From positions 64,001 to 128,000 of IMG/VR virus record IMGVR_UViG_3300048502_000015: a stretch of DNA of 64,000 nucleotides. One strand, given 5' to 3'. Position 1 is the stretch's first letter; each line of letters starts with the position of its first letter. This DNA comes from a virus. Taxonomy: Duplodnaviria > Caudoviricetes. The translations under genes were made by a program, and so were the position numbers. The notes below the pieces were generated by a model that was not told where the DNA came from, made no database searches, and saw only the letters and a program-made list of their open reading frames with translations. This document shows positions 53,887-62,101 of this stretch, piece after piece.

Positions 53887-54947
53887 AACACGGACTTGTC
53901 ATAGGAAAGTTCTACCCGCCTCATGCGGGCCATCATTTTGTGATCGATAAAGCCGTTTCAGAATGTGATTTCGTAACGGTAATCTGTCTCTATTCCGTGA
54001 CAGAGGGAATCGATCCAAGTTTGCGTTTCCAGTGGCTCTGTAACCGCCATCCTGATGAATCCAAGGTCTACATTATGACGGCCCAGGACGAATTCCCGGT
54101 AGATTATGATAGCCCAGAGGCATGGGATAATCATGTTGGAATCATGAAGAAATACCTTCAGGAGAGCGTCATCGGAGATCCCGATCCAATTACTGACGTG
54201 TATGGATCGGAGGAATACATTCCGGAATTGGCTCGCCGTTTTGATGCTATTCCTCATGTGGTTGATCTAGAACGGAAGTTCTTTCCTGTCTCGGCTTCTG
54301 CTGTCCGAGAAGATCCTGGAGCCAACTGGCAGTTTCTAGAGCCAGATGTACGCGCTTGGATTGCTAAGCAACGAAAGGTCGTCTGCATCGGGGCCGAATC
54401 TTCCGGGACAACTACTCTTGCTAAGGATCTTGCCAAAGATTTTGGGACAGCTTTCGTTCCCGAATATGGCCGAATCTATTCGGAGGGCCTTGGACAGGAT
54501 CATGTATGGACAAACGAAGAGTTCTTCCATATCTTCGAAATGCAGAAGAAAATGGAGGATCAGATTGCTCGACAGGTTTCTTCGCCGCTTCTTATTTGCG
54601 ATACCGATTGGTTCGCAACTCAAATTTGGCAGCAATATCTTGTCAATCCTACTAGCGACGAGTTCTGGGATAAAGGACTGCCACAATCTCCTTCAGGTGA
54701 TTTTCCGGAGCTTTATATCCTGACGGATCTTTGTCCTTGGGAAGATGACGGAACCCGCGTTGGGGAAAGTTTCCGAGAAAGGATGCAATACGATTTTCGA
54801 TTCTGGCTAGAACACGAAGAGAACCCGATTCCCCATATCTTTGTAACCGGGGATAGATATGATCGTCTATATAAAGCCAATGCTGCCATAGTCGAACAAG
54901 TACTCCTCAAGCCTTTTGATTGGCCGCTTCCCTTGGAGGAGAAATGA
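53883..54947 (+). CDS. nadR: NadR-like bifunctional NMN adenylyltransferase / nicotinamide riboside kinase
   Basis: GKFYPPHAGH (HxGH), VSASAVR, GAESSGTTTLA, PEYGR, LICDTD and WEDDGTR; no N-terminal HTH. Confidence 0.92.
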   Translation: MKHGLVIGKFYPPHAGHHFVIDKAVSECDFVTVICLYSVTEGIDPSLRFQWLCNRHPDESKVYIMTAQDEFPVDYDSPEAWDNHVGIMKKYLQESVIGDPDPITDVYGSEEYIPELARRFDAIPHVVDLERKFFPVSASAVREDPGANWQFLEPDVRAWIAKQRKVVCIGAESSGTTTLAKDLAKDFGTAFVPEYGRIYSEGLGQDHVWTNEEFFHIFEMQKKMEDQIARQVSSPLLICDTDWFATQIWQQYLVNPTSDEFWDKGLPQSPSGDFPELYILTDLCPWEDDGTRVGESFRERMQYDFRFWLEHEENPIPHIFVTGDRYDRLYKANAAIVEQVLLKPFDWPLPLEEK

Positions 54948-55144
54948 ATCTAGTCTACTTTGGGGACGGCCCTCTATATCGAAAGACTCAAACCTATCCT
55001 GATCCTGCACCGAGACTAATTGTGACTATGCGTAGAAAGGACCTTCCGATTATGATCAACTACGATGGCCACTACGATCCCTTTTATGATTACGAAGAAA
55101 TCTTTTACGAGCGCGTAGGATATCTATACAAGGTCAAGAAATGA
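54944..55144 (+). CDS. Small hypothetical protein
   Basis: GGAGG RBS; ATGA overlaps. Confidence 0.55.
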   Translation: MNLVYFGDGPLYRKTQTYPDPAPRLIVTMRRKDLPIMINYDGHYDPFYDYEEIFYERVGYLYKVKK

Positions 55145-55545
55145 GTAAGCCGTATATCCACGCGAAGTCCTCGGCCAAAAAATGGGGAGGAGTCCCAGAA
55201 GACTATCTTGAGATTCACGATCTGATGGATAGTTCTAAAGCCGTCTTCCCCGATAATCGGCATCGAGCTTTGACTCATAACAACTGGTTTATCTTCATTG
55301 TCGAAAAGATCTACGGCCACAATATCACTAATTCATCTGATAGACTGGTAAGTGTTAGGGATATTGTGGAGCAGCATATCCTTGAAGATTTTGGAGGAAA
55401 GTTCATTCCGACTCCGCAAGATTACTTAGAAAACATGGAGTTCGTCCCGTGGATGAATAATGCCATTGAAGGCGCTCCCCCAAGTCACAGAAAACTACAG
55501 GCAAAATCACAAACAATAAGAAGGGTGGCGTTTACACTTGACTAG
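55141..55545 (+). CDS. DUF6915-like phage protein
   Basis: PYIHAKSSAKKWGG..EDY..IH..MDSSK...RHRALTH...EQHILEDFG. Confidence 0.7.
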   Translation: MSKPYIHAKSSAKKWGGVPEDYLEIHDLMDSSKAVFPDNRHRALTHNNWFIFIVEKIYGHNITNSSDRLVSVRDIVEQHILEDFGGKFIPTPQDYLENMEFVPWMNNAIEGAPPSHRKLQAKSQTIRRVAFTLD

Positions 55546-55984
55546 CTCAGACAAAATAGAAGCATTGAAGACTCGCATCGCAGGATTGCAGGAACAGCTT
55601 CGAACAGAATCAAAAAGCGCTTTTACGGAAGGCTCAAAGGATTTCTTCGAGCGGTATCCGAATCTAGACTCGTTCGGATGGACCCAATATACTCCGTACT
55701 TTAATGACGGAGAGCCTTGTGAGTTCCAGGTCCGTGCTGATAACGATTGGGACTTGCGCATCAACGGGGAACGTCCTGGGGAAAGCGATCAATGGGAGTA
55801 TATCCCCGGCACATACGAGAAAACCCATATTGCCCATCCTGAGCTACACGATGTGGCAGATGAATTGAGCGAATTCATTTACGCAATTCCAGAAGAGGCC
55901 ATGAAGTCAATGTTTGATGACCACGTAACGGTTACGGTTCATCGTTCAGGAGAAGTCGAAACAGAATACTATGAGCACGAGTAA
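55538..55984 (+). CDS. Conserved-looking phage protein (partner of the DUF6915-like gene)
   Basis: WTQYTPYFNDGEPCEF motif. Confidence 0.65.
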   Translation: MTSSDKIEALKTRIAGLQEQLRTESKSAFTEGSKDFFERYPNLDSFGWTQYTPYFNDGEPCEFQVRADNDWDLRINGERPGESDQWEYIPGTYEKTHIAHPELHDVADELSEFIYAIPEEAMKSMFDDHVTVTVHRSGEVETEYYEHE

Positions 55985-56105
55985 TCCCGACAATCCCGAT
56001 GATTGGCCATCTTGGGAAGAACTAGATCTTCATGTCGATCGCGTTCAGCAAATTCCTTGGGCTAATCAAGAACAACGGGATGGGACTGTACTCGCATAGA
56101 CGGCC

Positions 56106-56141
56106 TTGACAGAAGGATAAATCGGTTCTATAATAGTTGGG
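56106..56141 (+). promoter_or_regulatory. Perfect consensus sigma70/sigmaA promoter; leaderless
   Basis: TTGACA (56106-11), 17 nt, TATAAT (56129-34), then 7 nt to ATG 56142. Confidence 0.88.
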
Positions 56142-57380
56142 ATGCATTTTTGCGCATATCATAACGAGGATCATCCGGTTGACCGTTTTCTGATAAAGAA
56201 AAACGGAAAGCTGGATTCCTGGTGCCACGAAGGACGGAAAGAATACAATCGGGAATATTCTAAGAAGTCCTATGCCCCGATTAAAGAAGAAGTGGCCGAA
56301 AAAATTGGGGCCAGAGAAAATCGGACAGAACAGGTTTGCACAATTTGCTCTGTCAATAAATCAATTGAAGATTTCCGATTCCGATATGACCGCCCTGATA
56401 AACGGGAGTCAAGGTGCATTCCCTGTCTTAAGATCATTAGGCGTAGCGAACAACAAATTGACTCTCTAAAGCACGCCGATAAAAGAGGAATTACAAGACG
56501 TAAATGGCAAGCTGCTCATCCGAGATACAACGAACAATCTAGTCGTACTCGTCGGGCACGAATGAAGGTCGTAAGGCGAGAAAGATACACTAGAAAACAG
56601 GTTAGAGAACGGGATAACGGTTTATGCTGGTTCTGTAATCTCCCGGTTGATCCTAGTCTGAAGTGGCCAGATCCTCTTTCAGAAGTCGTTCATCACCATC
56701 ATCCGATTTCTAAGAAGGGACCAGACTGTTTAGAAAATGTAGCGTTGGCTCATAATGAGTGTAACGGACATCATCATGCCAAATATGAATCTCCATTCCT
56801 GAATTGGTCGGTAATCTCTATCGACAATGCGTTAGCGAGAAAGACGGCTGTAGAGAATCACTATCTCCATCGAGCGCCAAACGTTTCATTCGGATTTGGT
56901 CTTTACTCTCCCGAGAACAAACTCCAGGGGATCGTGACATTTGGATCACCGTCGTCAAATCGCATAACTAAATCGGTGTGTCCGAATAACGATTGTAAAG
57001 TCATTGAACTTAATCGTCTTTGGATAGACGACACTACTCCATTTGGAGCCGCCTCTTGGCTTGTGTCTCGCGCCCTAAAAGAGTTGCCGCCGATGATCAT
57101 CGTATCCTATGCCGACACAGATATCGTTGATTCTAGAAACGAGAGAAATCACGATGGATCAATCTATCGTGCTCTTTCGTTTGACTACGCTGGGCAATCT
57201 AAGGCCAAAACTGAATATCGAATGCCCGGAGGGACAAGAAACGTTGGGAAAATTACTCCTGGATCAGTCAAAAGCAAAATTTCATCTAAGAAACGTTTTT
57301 GGACTGTTACGGGAAATAAACGAGAAAAGCGTATCCTGAGGGATATCTGCAACTGGAATTCTCTTCCATATGAGCAATAA
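56142..57380 (+). CDS. Zinc finger-HNH endonuclease fused to a Mom-family (GNAT-fold) DNA modification domain
   Basis: RDNGLCWFC...HHHHPISKKG...ENVALAHNECN (HNH), followed by ENHYLHR, GIVTFG.P, IELNRLW, VSYAD and HDGSIYRA.SFDYAG (Mom-like). Confidence 0.8.
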   Translation: MHFCAYHNEDHPVDRFLIKKNGKLDSWCHEGRKEYNREYSKKSYAPIKEEVAEKIGARENRTEQVCTICSVNKSIEDFRFRYDRPDKRESRCIPCLKIIRRSEQQIDSLKHADKRGITRRKWQAAHPRYNEQSSRTRRARMKVVRRERYTRKQVRERDNGLCWFCNLPVDPSLKWPDPLSEVVHHHHPISKKGPDCLENVALAHNECNGHHHAKYESPFLNWSVISIDNALARKTAVENHYLHRAPNVSFGFGLYSPENKLQGIVTFGSPSSNRITKSVCPNNDCKVIELNRLWIDDTTPFGAASWLVSRALKELPPMIIVSYADTDIVDSRNERNHDGSIYRALSFDYAGQSKAKTEYRMPGGTRNVGKITPGSVKSKISSKKRFWTVTGNKREKRILRDICNWNSLPYEQ

Positions 57381-57406
57381 AAAGGCCCGCTTTTGGCGGG
57401 CCTTTT
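57378..57406. terminator. Bidirectional intrinsic terminator
   Basis: AAAAGGCCCGC-ttttg-GCGGGCCTTTT between the HNH-Mom and capsid genes. Confidence 0.88.
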
Positions 57407-57428
57407 AGGTTTACTATCGAATCGAGTT

Positions 57429-58520
57429 CTAAAGAACCCAAGTTCCAGGTGATCCGTTTCCAAGACCGGAGATATCCAATTTTGAAGGAGCGGCTGTTGA
57501 GTCTGCTTTCAAAATTCTAGAGATTCCTCTAGGATTTAGAATTAACATTCCTACGAGCTCGTCCAGGACCCAACCCTTGTAAAACTGCTCTACCTGATGA
57601 TTCTCTTCAACATCAAGAGAGTACATGACAGGGAAGACGCCGATGAATTCAGGTTCAGCCGTTAGGAAGATTTCTCCTTGAGGCACGATGATTGATCGCT
57701 GGATCTGGAATTCACCGAAGGAAGTGATTCTTCCGCCTGCGAAAACTTCGTCCTTGAATCGGAATCCAGTTACGTTAAGGTCCCATGTGTAAAGGTCGCG
57801 GATATCTGCCGGATGAGCAAGAACTCTACGAGCCTCTAGCTGGTTGATTTCAATCTGCGTTACCGCGTTGTAGAAATCAGCCGGTTCTAGTGGGTTACCT
57901 GCACCAAGGAGCACAGTATGCTCGTTTGGAGCCGATGCTGGACCAGAAGCGATTCCTGTTGCAAGTCCACCCGTTGGGGCAAGACCGACAACTCCGTTGG
58001 AGATCGCTGTTCCAAGACCTGTTACCGCCTGCTCAAGAAGAAGGATCAAACGAGCATCCTCCTGCTTCTGAATAGCCTGACGGGTTTCGTCCTGGGCATA
58101 TTCAACCGCGTTAACTCTCAAGAAGTAAAGGTCTTCCTTTCGGATTCTTGGGAATGAGGCAATTCTGAACAACTGAGGGAAAGCTTGCTTTCCTTCGAAC
58201 GGAGTAATCTTTACTTCCGCATCGGTTGAGTTAAGAACATAAGCCGTTCCAAGGTCGTCCAAGATGTCGTAAGGCATAAGTGGTCCGCGTTCCAATGTAT
58301 CTTCTACAAGAACGTTTCGCACGATTCCTTCATAACGAAGACGAATCTGAATAGGACCGATCATTCCTTGACCAATTCTCTGAAGGGCATTACCCTTGTC
58401 TGCAAGAATAGCTTCTAGACGGCCTACCTTTTGCTTTCGAGAAAGCTTAGGAAGATCCTTTAGCTTATTTTCATAGTCGGCTGACGCTACAGCCTGACGT
58501 GAGTATAATTCATAAGACAT
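57429..58520 (-). CDS. Major capsid protein (HK97 fold, Bxz1/E3-like)
   Basis: GQGMIGPIQIRLRYEGIVRNVLVED...YDILDDLG...ITPFEGK...FRIASFPRIRKEDL recalls cluster C mycobacteriophage major capsid proteins. Confidence 0.88.
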   Translation of the reverse strand: MSYELYSRQAVASADYENKLKDLPKLSRKQKVGRLEAILADKGNALQRIGQGMIGPIQIRLRYEGIVRNVLVEDTLERGPLMPYDILDDLGTAYVLNSTDAEVKITPFEGKQAFPQLFRIASFPRIRKEDLYFLRVNAVEYAQDETRQAIQKQEDARLILLLEQAVTGLGTAISNGVVGLAPTGGLATGIASGPASAPNEHTVLLGAGNPLEPADFYNAVTQIEINQLEARRVLAHPADIRDLYTWDLNVTGFRFKDEVFAGGRITSFGEFQIQRSIIVPQGEIFLTAEPEFIGVFPVMYSLDVEENHQVEQFYKGWVLDELVGMLILNPRGISRILKADSTAAPSKLDISGLGNGSPGTWVL

Positions 58521-58533
58521 TAGAAGTTATTCC

Positions 58534-59118
58534 TTATATCGTTAGGTTGATGGTTAGCTGGGCTGAACTTGGTCGGCTAACAATCCAACCTACGGAGATT
58601 GCTCCACCGCCTGGGTTAGTAATACCAAGTCGTCCATCTGTTTGTGCGTATAGATATACGTTTGTTCCTGGACCTGCTGCTGCGATTGCTGCGGCAACTC
58701 CTGTATCGTTCCAAGCTGGGGCAAGAAGCTGGATTAGAGAATCCGGGCCTCTCCAAGCCTGTACTTCATTGATCTGGGTTAGCTGGCCGAATGTGCCACC
58801 TAGCCATGAACCAAGAAGTCCGAAAGGCTGCTGTGCTGCTGCTGCTCCTGTTGCTACAACAACGTTTTCGTTGGTGCTCTTAATGAGAACCGTTCCGGGG
58901 ACGATAGATCCCTGAAGTGTGAATACGTTTGCTGAACGAGCAATCGGAGTAGTATCAGTAGACTGCGGAATACGGAAGTTTCCACTTGAGTCTCTGAAAG
59001 ATGTCTGGTCAAGGTAGCACGCATAAGGAGTAGCCTGTGTTTGACCATAGAGTACTCTTAATAGGCGCTTTTGAGCCGTGATGTTGATGTTTGAAGCATC
59101 ACCGTAAATTGTCTGCAT
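58534..59118 (-). CDS. Capsid decoration/minor capsid protein
   Basis: Between the scaffold and major capsid genes; IVPGTVL...PFGLLG. Confidence 0.65.
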   Translation of the reverse strand: MQTIYGDASNINITAQKRLLRVLYGQTQATPYACYLDQTSFRDSSGNFRIPQSTDTTPIARSANVFTLQGSIVPGTVLIKSTNENVVVATGAAAAQQPFGLLGSWLGGTFGQLTQINEVQAWRGPDSLIQLLAPAWNDTGVAAAIAAAGPGTNVYLYAQTDGRLGITNPGGGAISVGWIVSRPSSAQLTINLTI

Positions 59119-59171
59119 TAGTTTCCTATTGTTCCTTTTAGATTTATAGGTAAGCGCCTTGCGCTAGTCCA

Positions 59172-59191
59172 TCACACATTTCATAGACGGA
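59172..59191 (-). promoter_or_regulatory. Variant late promoter for the capsid genes
   Basis: tcC-gtctatg-AAAT-gtgt-GA, followed by an AGCGC-aag-GCGCT leader hairpin. Confidence 0.45.
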
Positions 59192-59212
59192 CCTAGTACA
59201 AATTAAAGTACT

Positions 59213-61819
59213 CTACCTTGTAAACAGCGCCGAATCGATCACTGAGTTGTCAACTGGCTGGTTTTCCTGGCTATCGACTCCAGCCGTAATATGGTCAAAT
59301 CCACGAGATGCTGCTGTAGACTTACCAAATAACGACGGTAGACGGGAAACTCCTCCTGCGCTAGCAGTACGAGATGCCTGTTGTCTTAGGCTTGCGGTTT
59401 TAACCTTGGCCAAAGTATTTGTTTGGGCTTCTAGAGCCTCTGGGCTTTCGCCTTCCAATTCTGCAATACGATCATACTTCTGATCCTTAGGGATAAGTCC
59501 CATTTCAACTTCGGTATCAGCAAGCTTAATTGCATTGATGAAGTGTGCAGTAACTCCGTCACTCTTGGTAACTTCCTTGGTGACCGGATCTTGCTGCTTG
59601 TAAATCTTGTTTCCATCGGTTCCCGACCATGTGGTTGTCGGACCAGAATTGTTTGATGGGCTATTGACGGCCTGAAGAACGTCTACACGATCTCCTGCCT
59701 TTCCGATTGGATCAGATGGCTGAGTACCCTGGTTGGCGCTTCCTGGCTTAATGTCCTGAAGATCTCCAACGCCGTCCTCATAAGCAACCTTGGACTTAAC
59801 ACCCTCGTTTGATGCAGGGAATGGCTCTGAGGTTACTGGGCTAGTAACTCCCTTTTGAGTTCCATCAGAATCTCCGAAAGTAGAGGTAGGTCCGCTATCT
59901 TCCTGATTCTTGGTTGTATCAAATCCTGCGTTATCGGTCTTGGTAGAAGGAATTTCTTCCGTCTTGTCTGCCTCAACGTCTGAGACTCCAGTTGTTCCGA
60001 TTCCGGTTACATCGATCTGTGCATCGGCCTTTGAAGCCGCTGCGTTATCTGCTTGGTCTACTCCACCGACGCCTATGACATCAACTCGCGTAGTTGGCGA
60101 AGCGTCGTCTGGTGACGGTCCCTGAGCGTTTCGTTGACTCATATTTTCTCCTTGTGCCTTGGCAATTAAGTGTCGGGCGGTAAGCATTGCTGCTGTGACC
60201 GGAGTGGATTGATCACTCGTCACAGTCTCTTTAGATGGTTCGTTTGAAACAGGCTTGGACACAACCTGTACAGGAATTTCGCGCTGATTAATTCTTCCCG
60301 CTACCTTTTGATGCACATATGGTGTCCAATTCATTTCACCTTTTACATTAGCGGTAGGCTGTCCTTTTGTAGCCTGCTCGTTCTGGATCATGCTTCCCGG
60401 CTTCTTTGGTTGACTATCAGGATCGGCCTGTTCTCCCGGAGGCGGACCATTTTCATCACTAGGAATGGTTACCTCATCTCCGGCTTCCATTTCCTCATCA
60501 ATTTTCTTTGCCTTGTCTAGATCCGGGTTGTCAAATCCCTTAGGAGGCTTAACATATCCACAAACATCGCAGGTTTCTCCCTGAACATCTGAGCCACAAA
60601 TCGGGCAGATACTTTCTTGTCGCAAAGTATCTACTTCTTGAGGAGCGGTTGTCTCCATAGATTGAGGAAGTGGGTTTTCAGCTTGCTTTCTAGCAGCCGT
60701 TTTAGTCTTCATTTCGTCTTCAAAAGTTCCTTGATGTACGGGACCTAATAATCCTAGCTGTATAGATTTATCTAGACGAGGAATAACTTCGTGTTCATCA
60801 ATGTTATTTGGAATTGTCGCTCCGTCATCTCCACGATTAGGGACTGTAAGAAAACCCTGTCCTTGACAGGTTGGGCATGATGGTCCAAGTGGATTTTCAT
60901 GACCGTTACATGTAGGGCAAGCTATAGAATTCGAAATTTCGTTATTAGAAATATCCCTTTCTGGAATTTGATAATCGTATTCACCATGAGGAAAATGAAC
61001 GTTTTCGTCCCCTTCCTTCTGAATAGAAGAAATGATTTCCTTAGTCAAAGCCGTTTCATCGGCAGGCTCGAATACTCCTGATAGCTCAAAGAACTGGCAT
61101 CCGAAACAATTTTCGTAGCTCTTCTTTGATGTACGATGGCCGTCTGCCGTCTTAAGGTCATGAGTAGCCCCCTTAGACTGGACATGGAAACAATATTCCT
61201 CTGGCGAAGAAGCGATATTTCCACAATGAGAACATTTGGATCGTTCTACATTTGCTCCCATTGAGAATCCGTCGATTTCTCCATCCTTAACCGCCTTGGC
61301 AAACTTAGGAAATGACTTGGCATCGATTTCTAGAAGAAGCTCGATATGAGTCGGCGGAAGATGTTCGGGGTCAACATCAGATGATGAATAGTACGGATCA
61401 AGGGAGGCCGTTTTGGAATCAACTGGCTCAACGATAAGCTTGGCGTCAACAATGACTCCACGAGCACGCTTAGGATCAGAGTTATGATGGTCTACAAAGA
61501 TCGGCTTGCCGATAAATGTAGCGAAACCATACTTCTTGTCTCCGTCCTTAGCCTCAACTGTAAATCCGGTTGAAGACTGCTTCTGGTGTCGTTCGAAGAT
61601 CTCCTTGGAACCGGCAAGTTCAATCGATGGCCATCCGTCATGGTTCTTGTTAACCCTAGAGCTAATGGCTCTTACGCGGGCATAGAGATACTTCTGCCCC
61701 GTTCGATAGTTCTTGTATTCCCCGACCTTATCGAGCGAAGCCGTCTTAAGTCGGGTAGAACTTCCCTTTATTTCAAGGACACTAGATGATTCGATTGATC
61801 CGTGCTTTGTTAATGCCAT
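59213..61819 (-). CDS. Prohead protease/scaffold polyprotein
   Basis: NKNHDGW, TFIGKPIFVDH, RARGVIVD, GFSMG...CSHCG, FFELSGV.EPAD protease core; zinc ribbons; long acidic scaffold tail. Confidence 0.8.
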   Translation of the reverse strand: MALTKHGSIESSSVLEIKGSSTRLKTASLDKVGEYKNYRTGQKYLYARVRAISSRVNKNHDGWPSIELAGSKEIFERHQKQSSTGFTVEAKDGDKKYGFATFIGKPIFVDHHNSDPKRARGVIVDAKLIVEPVDSKTASLDPYYSSSDVDPEHLPPTHIELLLEIDAKSFPKFAKAVKDGEIDGFSMGANVERSKCSHCGNIASSPEEYCFHVQSKGATHDLKTADGHRTSKKSYENCFGCQFFELSGVFEPADETALTKEIISSIQKEGDENVHFPHGEYDYQIPERDISNNEISNSIACPTCNGHENPLGPSCPTCQGQGFLTVPNRGDDGATIPNNIDEHEVIPRLDKSIQLGLLGPVHQGTFEDEMKTKTAARKQAENPLPQSMETTAPQEVDTLRQESICPICGSDVQGETCDVCGYVKPPKGFDNPDLDKAKKIDEEMEAGDEVTIPSDENGPPPGEQADPDSQPKKPGSMIQNEQATKGQPTANVKGEMNWTPYVHQKVAGRINQREIPVQVVSKPVSNEPSKETVTSDQSTPVTAAMLTARHLIAKAQGENMSQRNAQGPSPDDASPTTRVDVIGVGGVDQADNAAASKADAQIDVTGIGTTGVSDVEADKTEEIPSTKTDNAGFDTTKNQEDSGPTSTFGDSDGTQKGVTSPVTSEPFPASNEGVKSKVAYEDGVGDLQDIKPGSANQGTQPSDPIGKAGDRVDVLQAVNSPSNNSGPTTTWSGTDGNKIYKQQDPVTKEVTKSDGVTAHFINAIKLADTEVEMGLIPKDQKYDRIAELEGESPEALEAQTNTLAKVKTASLRQQASRTASAGGVSRLPSLFGKSTAASRGFDHITAGVDSQENQPVDNSVIDSALFTR

Positions 61820-61838
61820 CGTTCATTACACAACCGAA
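61819..61838 (-). promoter_or_regulatory. Putative late promoter; leaderless
   Basis: ttC-ggttgtg-TAAT-gaac-GA(TG). Confidence 0.65.
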
Positions 61839-61851
61839 TGTGCTATACTTA

Positions 61852-62046
61852 CTACTCTTCGTCGCCAAAGACTAAATCAATGATCAATTTCTCGGCATCA
61901 TAAGAGAGAGATTTAAGAGTGGCAATAGCCCCGCGTTCCTGCTTTTCTGGCAAGCCAACGGCTTCAATAAACCCAGCCAAACGGCCACGCATACGATTCA
62001 TTTCTTTGCGGATCTTTTCTTCAACTATCTTATCTTCTTCGTACAT
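61852..62046 (-). CDS. Small hypothetical protein
   Basis: GAGGA RBS before ATG 62046. Confidence 0.55.
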   Translation of the reverse strand: MYEEDKIVEEKIRKEMNRMRGRLAGFIEAVGLPEKQERGAIATLKSLSYDAEKLIIDLVFGDEE

Positions 62047-62101
62047 GTCTGATTCCTCGCTGGAGCGAGCATCTTTTCTTACGCTATTGGCCATGTGCGG
62101 T

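Noticed and set aside
54390-54425. NadR Walker A lacking Lys (GAESSGTTT) as an inactivated kinase
   Set aside because: I recall GAESTGTTT variants in actinobacterial NadR proteins, so this is not evidence of decay.
55971-56099. Possible 42-aa ORF MSTSNPDNPDDWPSW...
   Set aside because: It is a plausible gap filler but has no motif or clear RBS, so it was not called.
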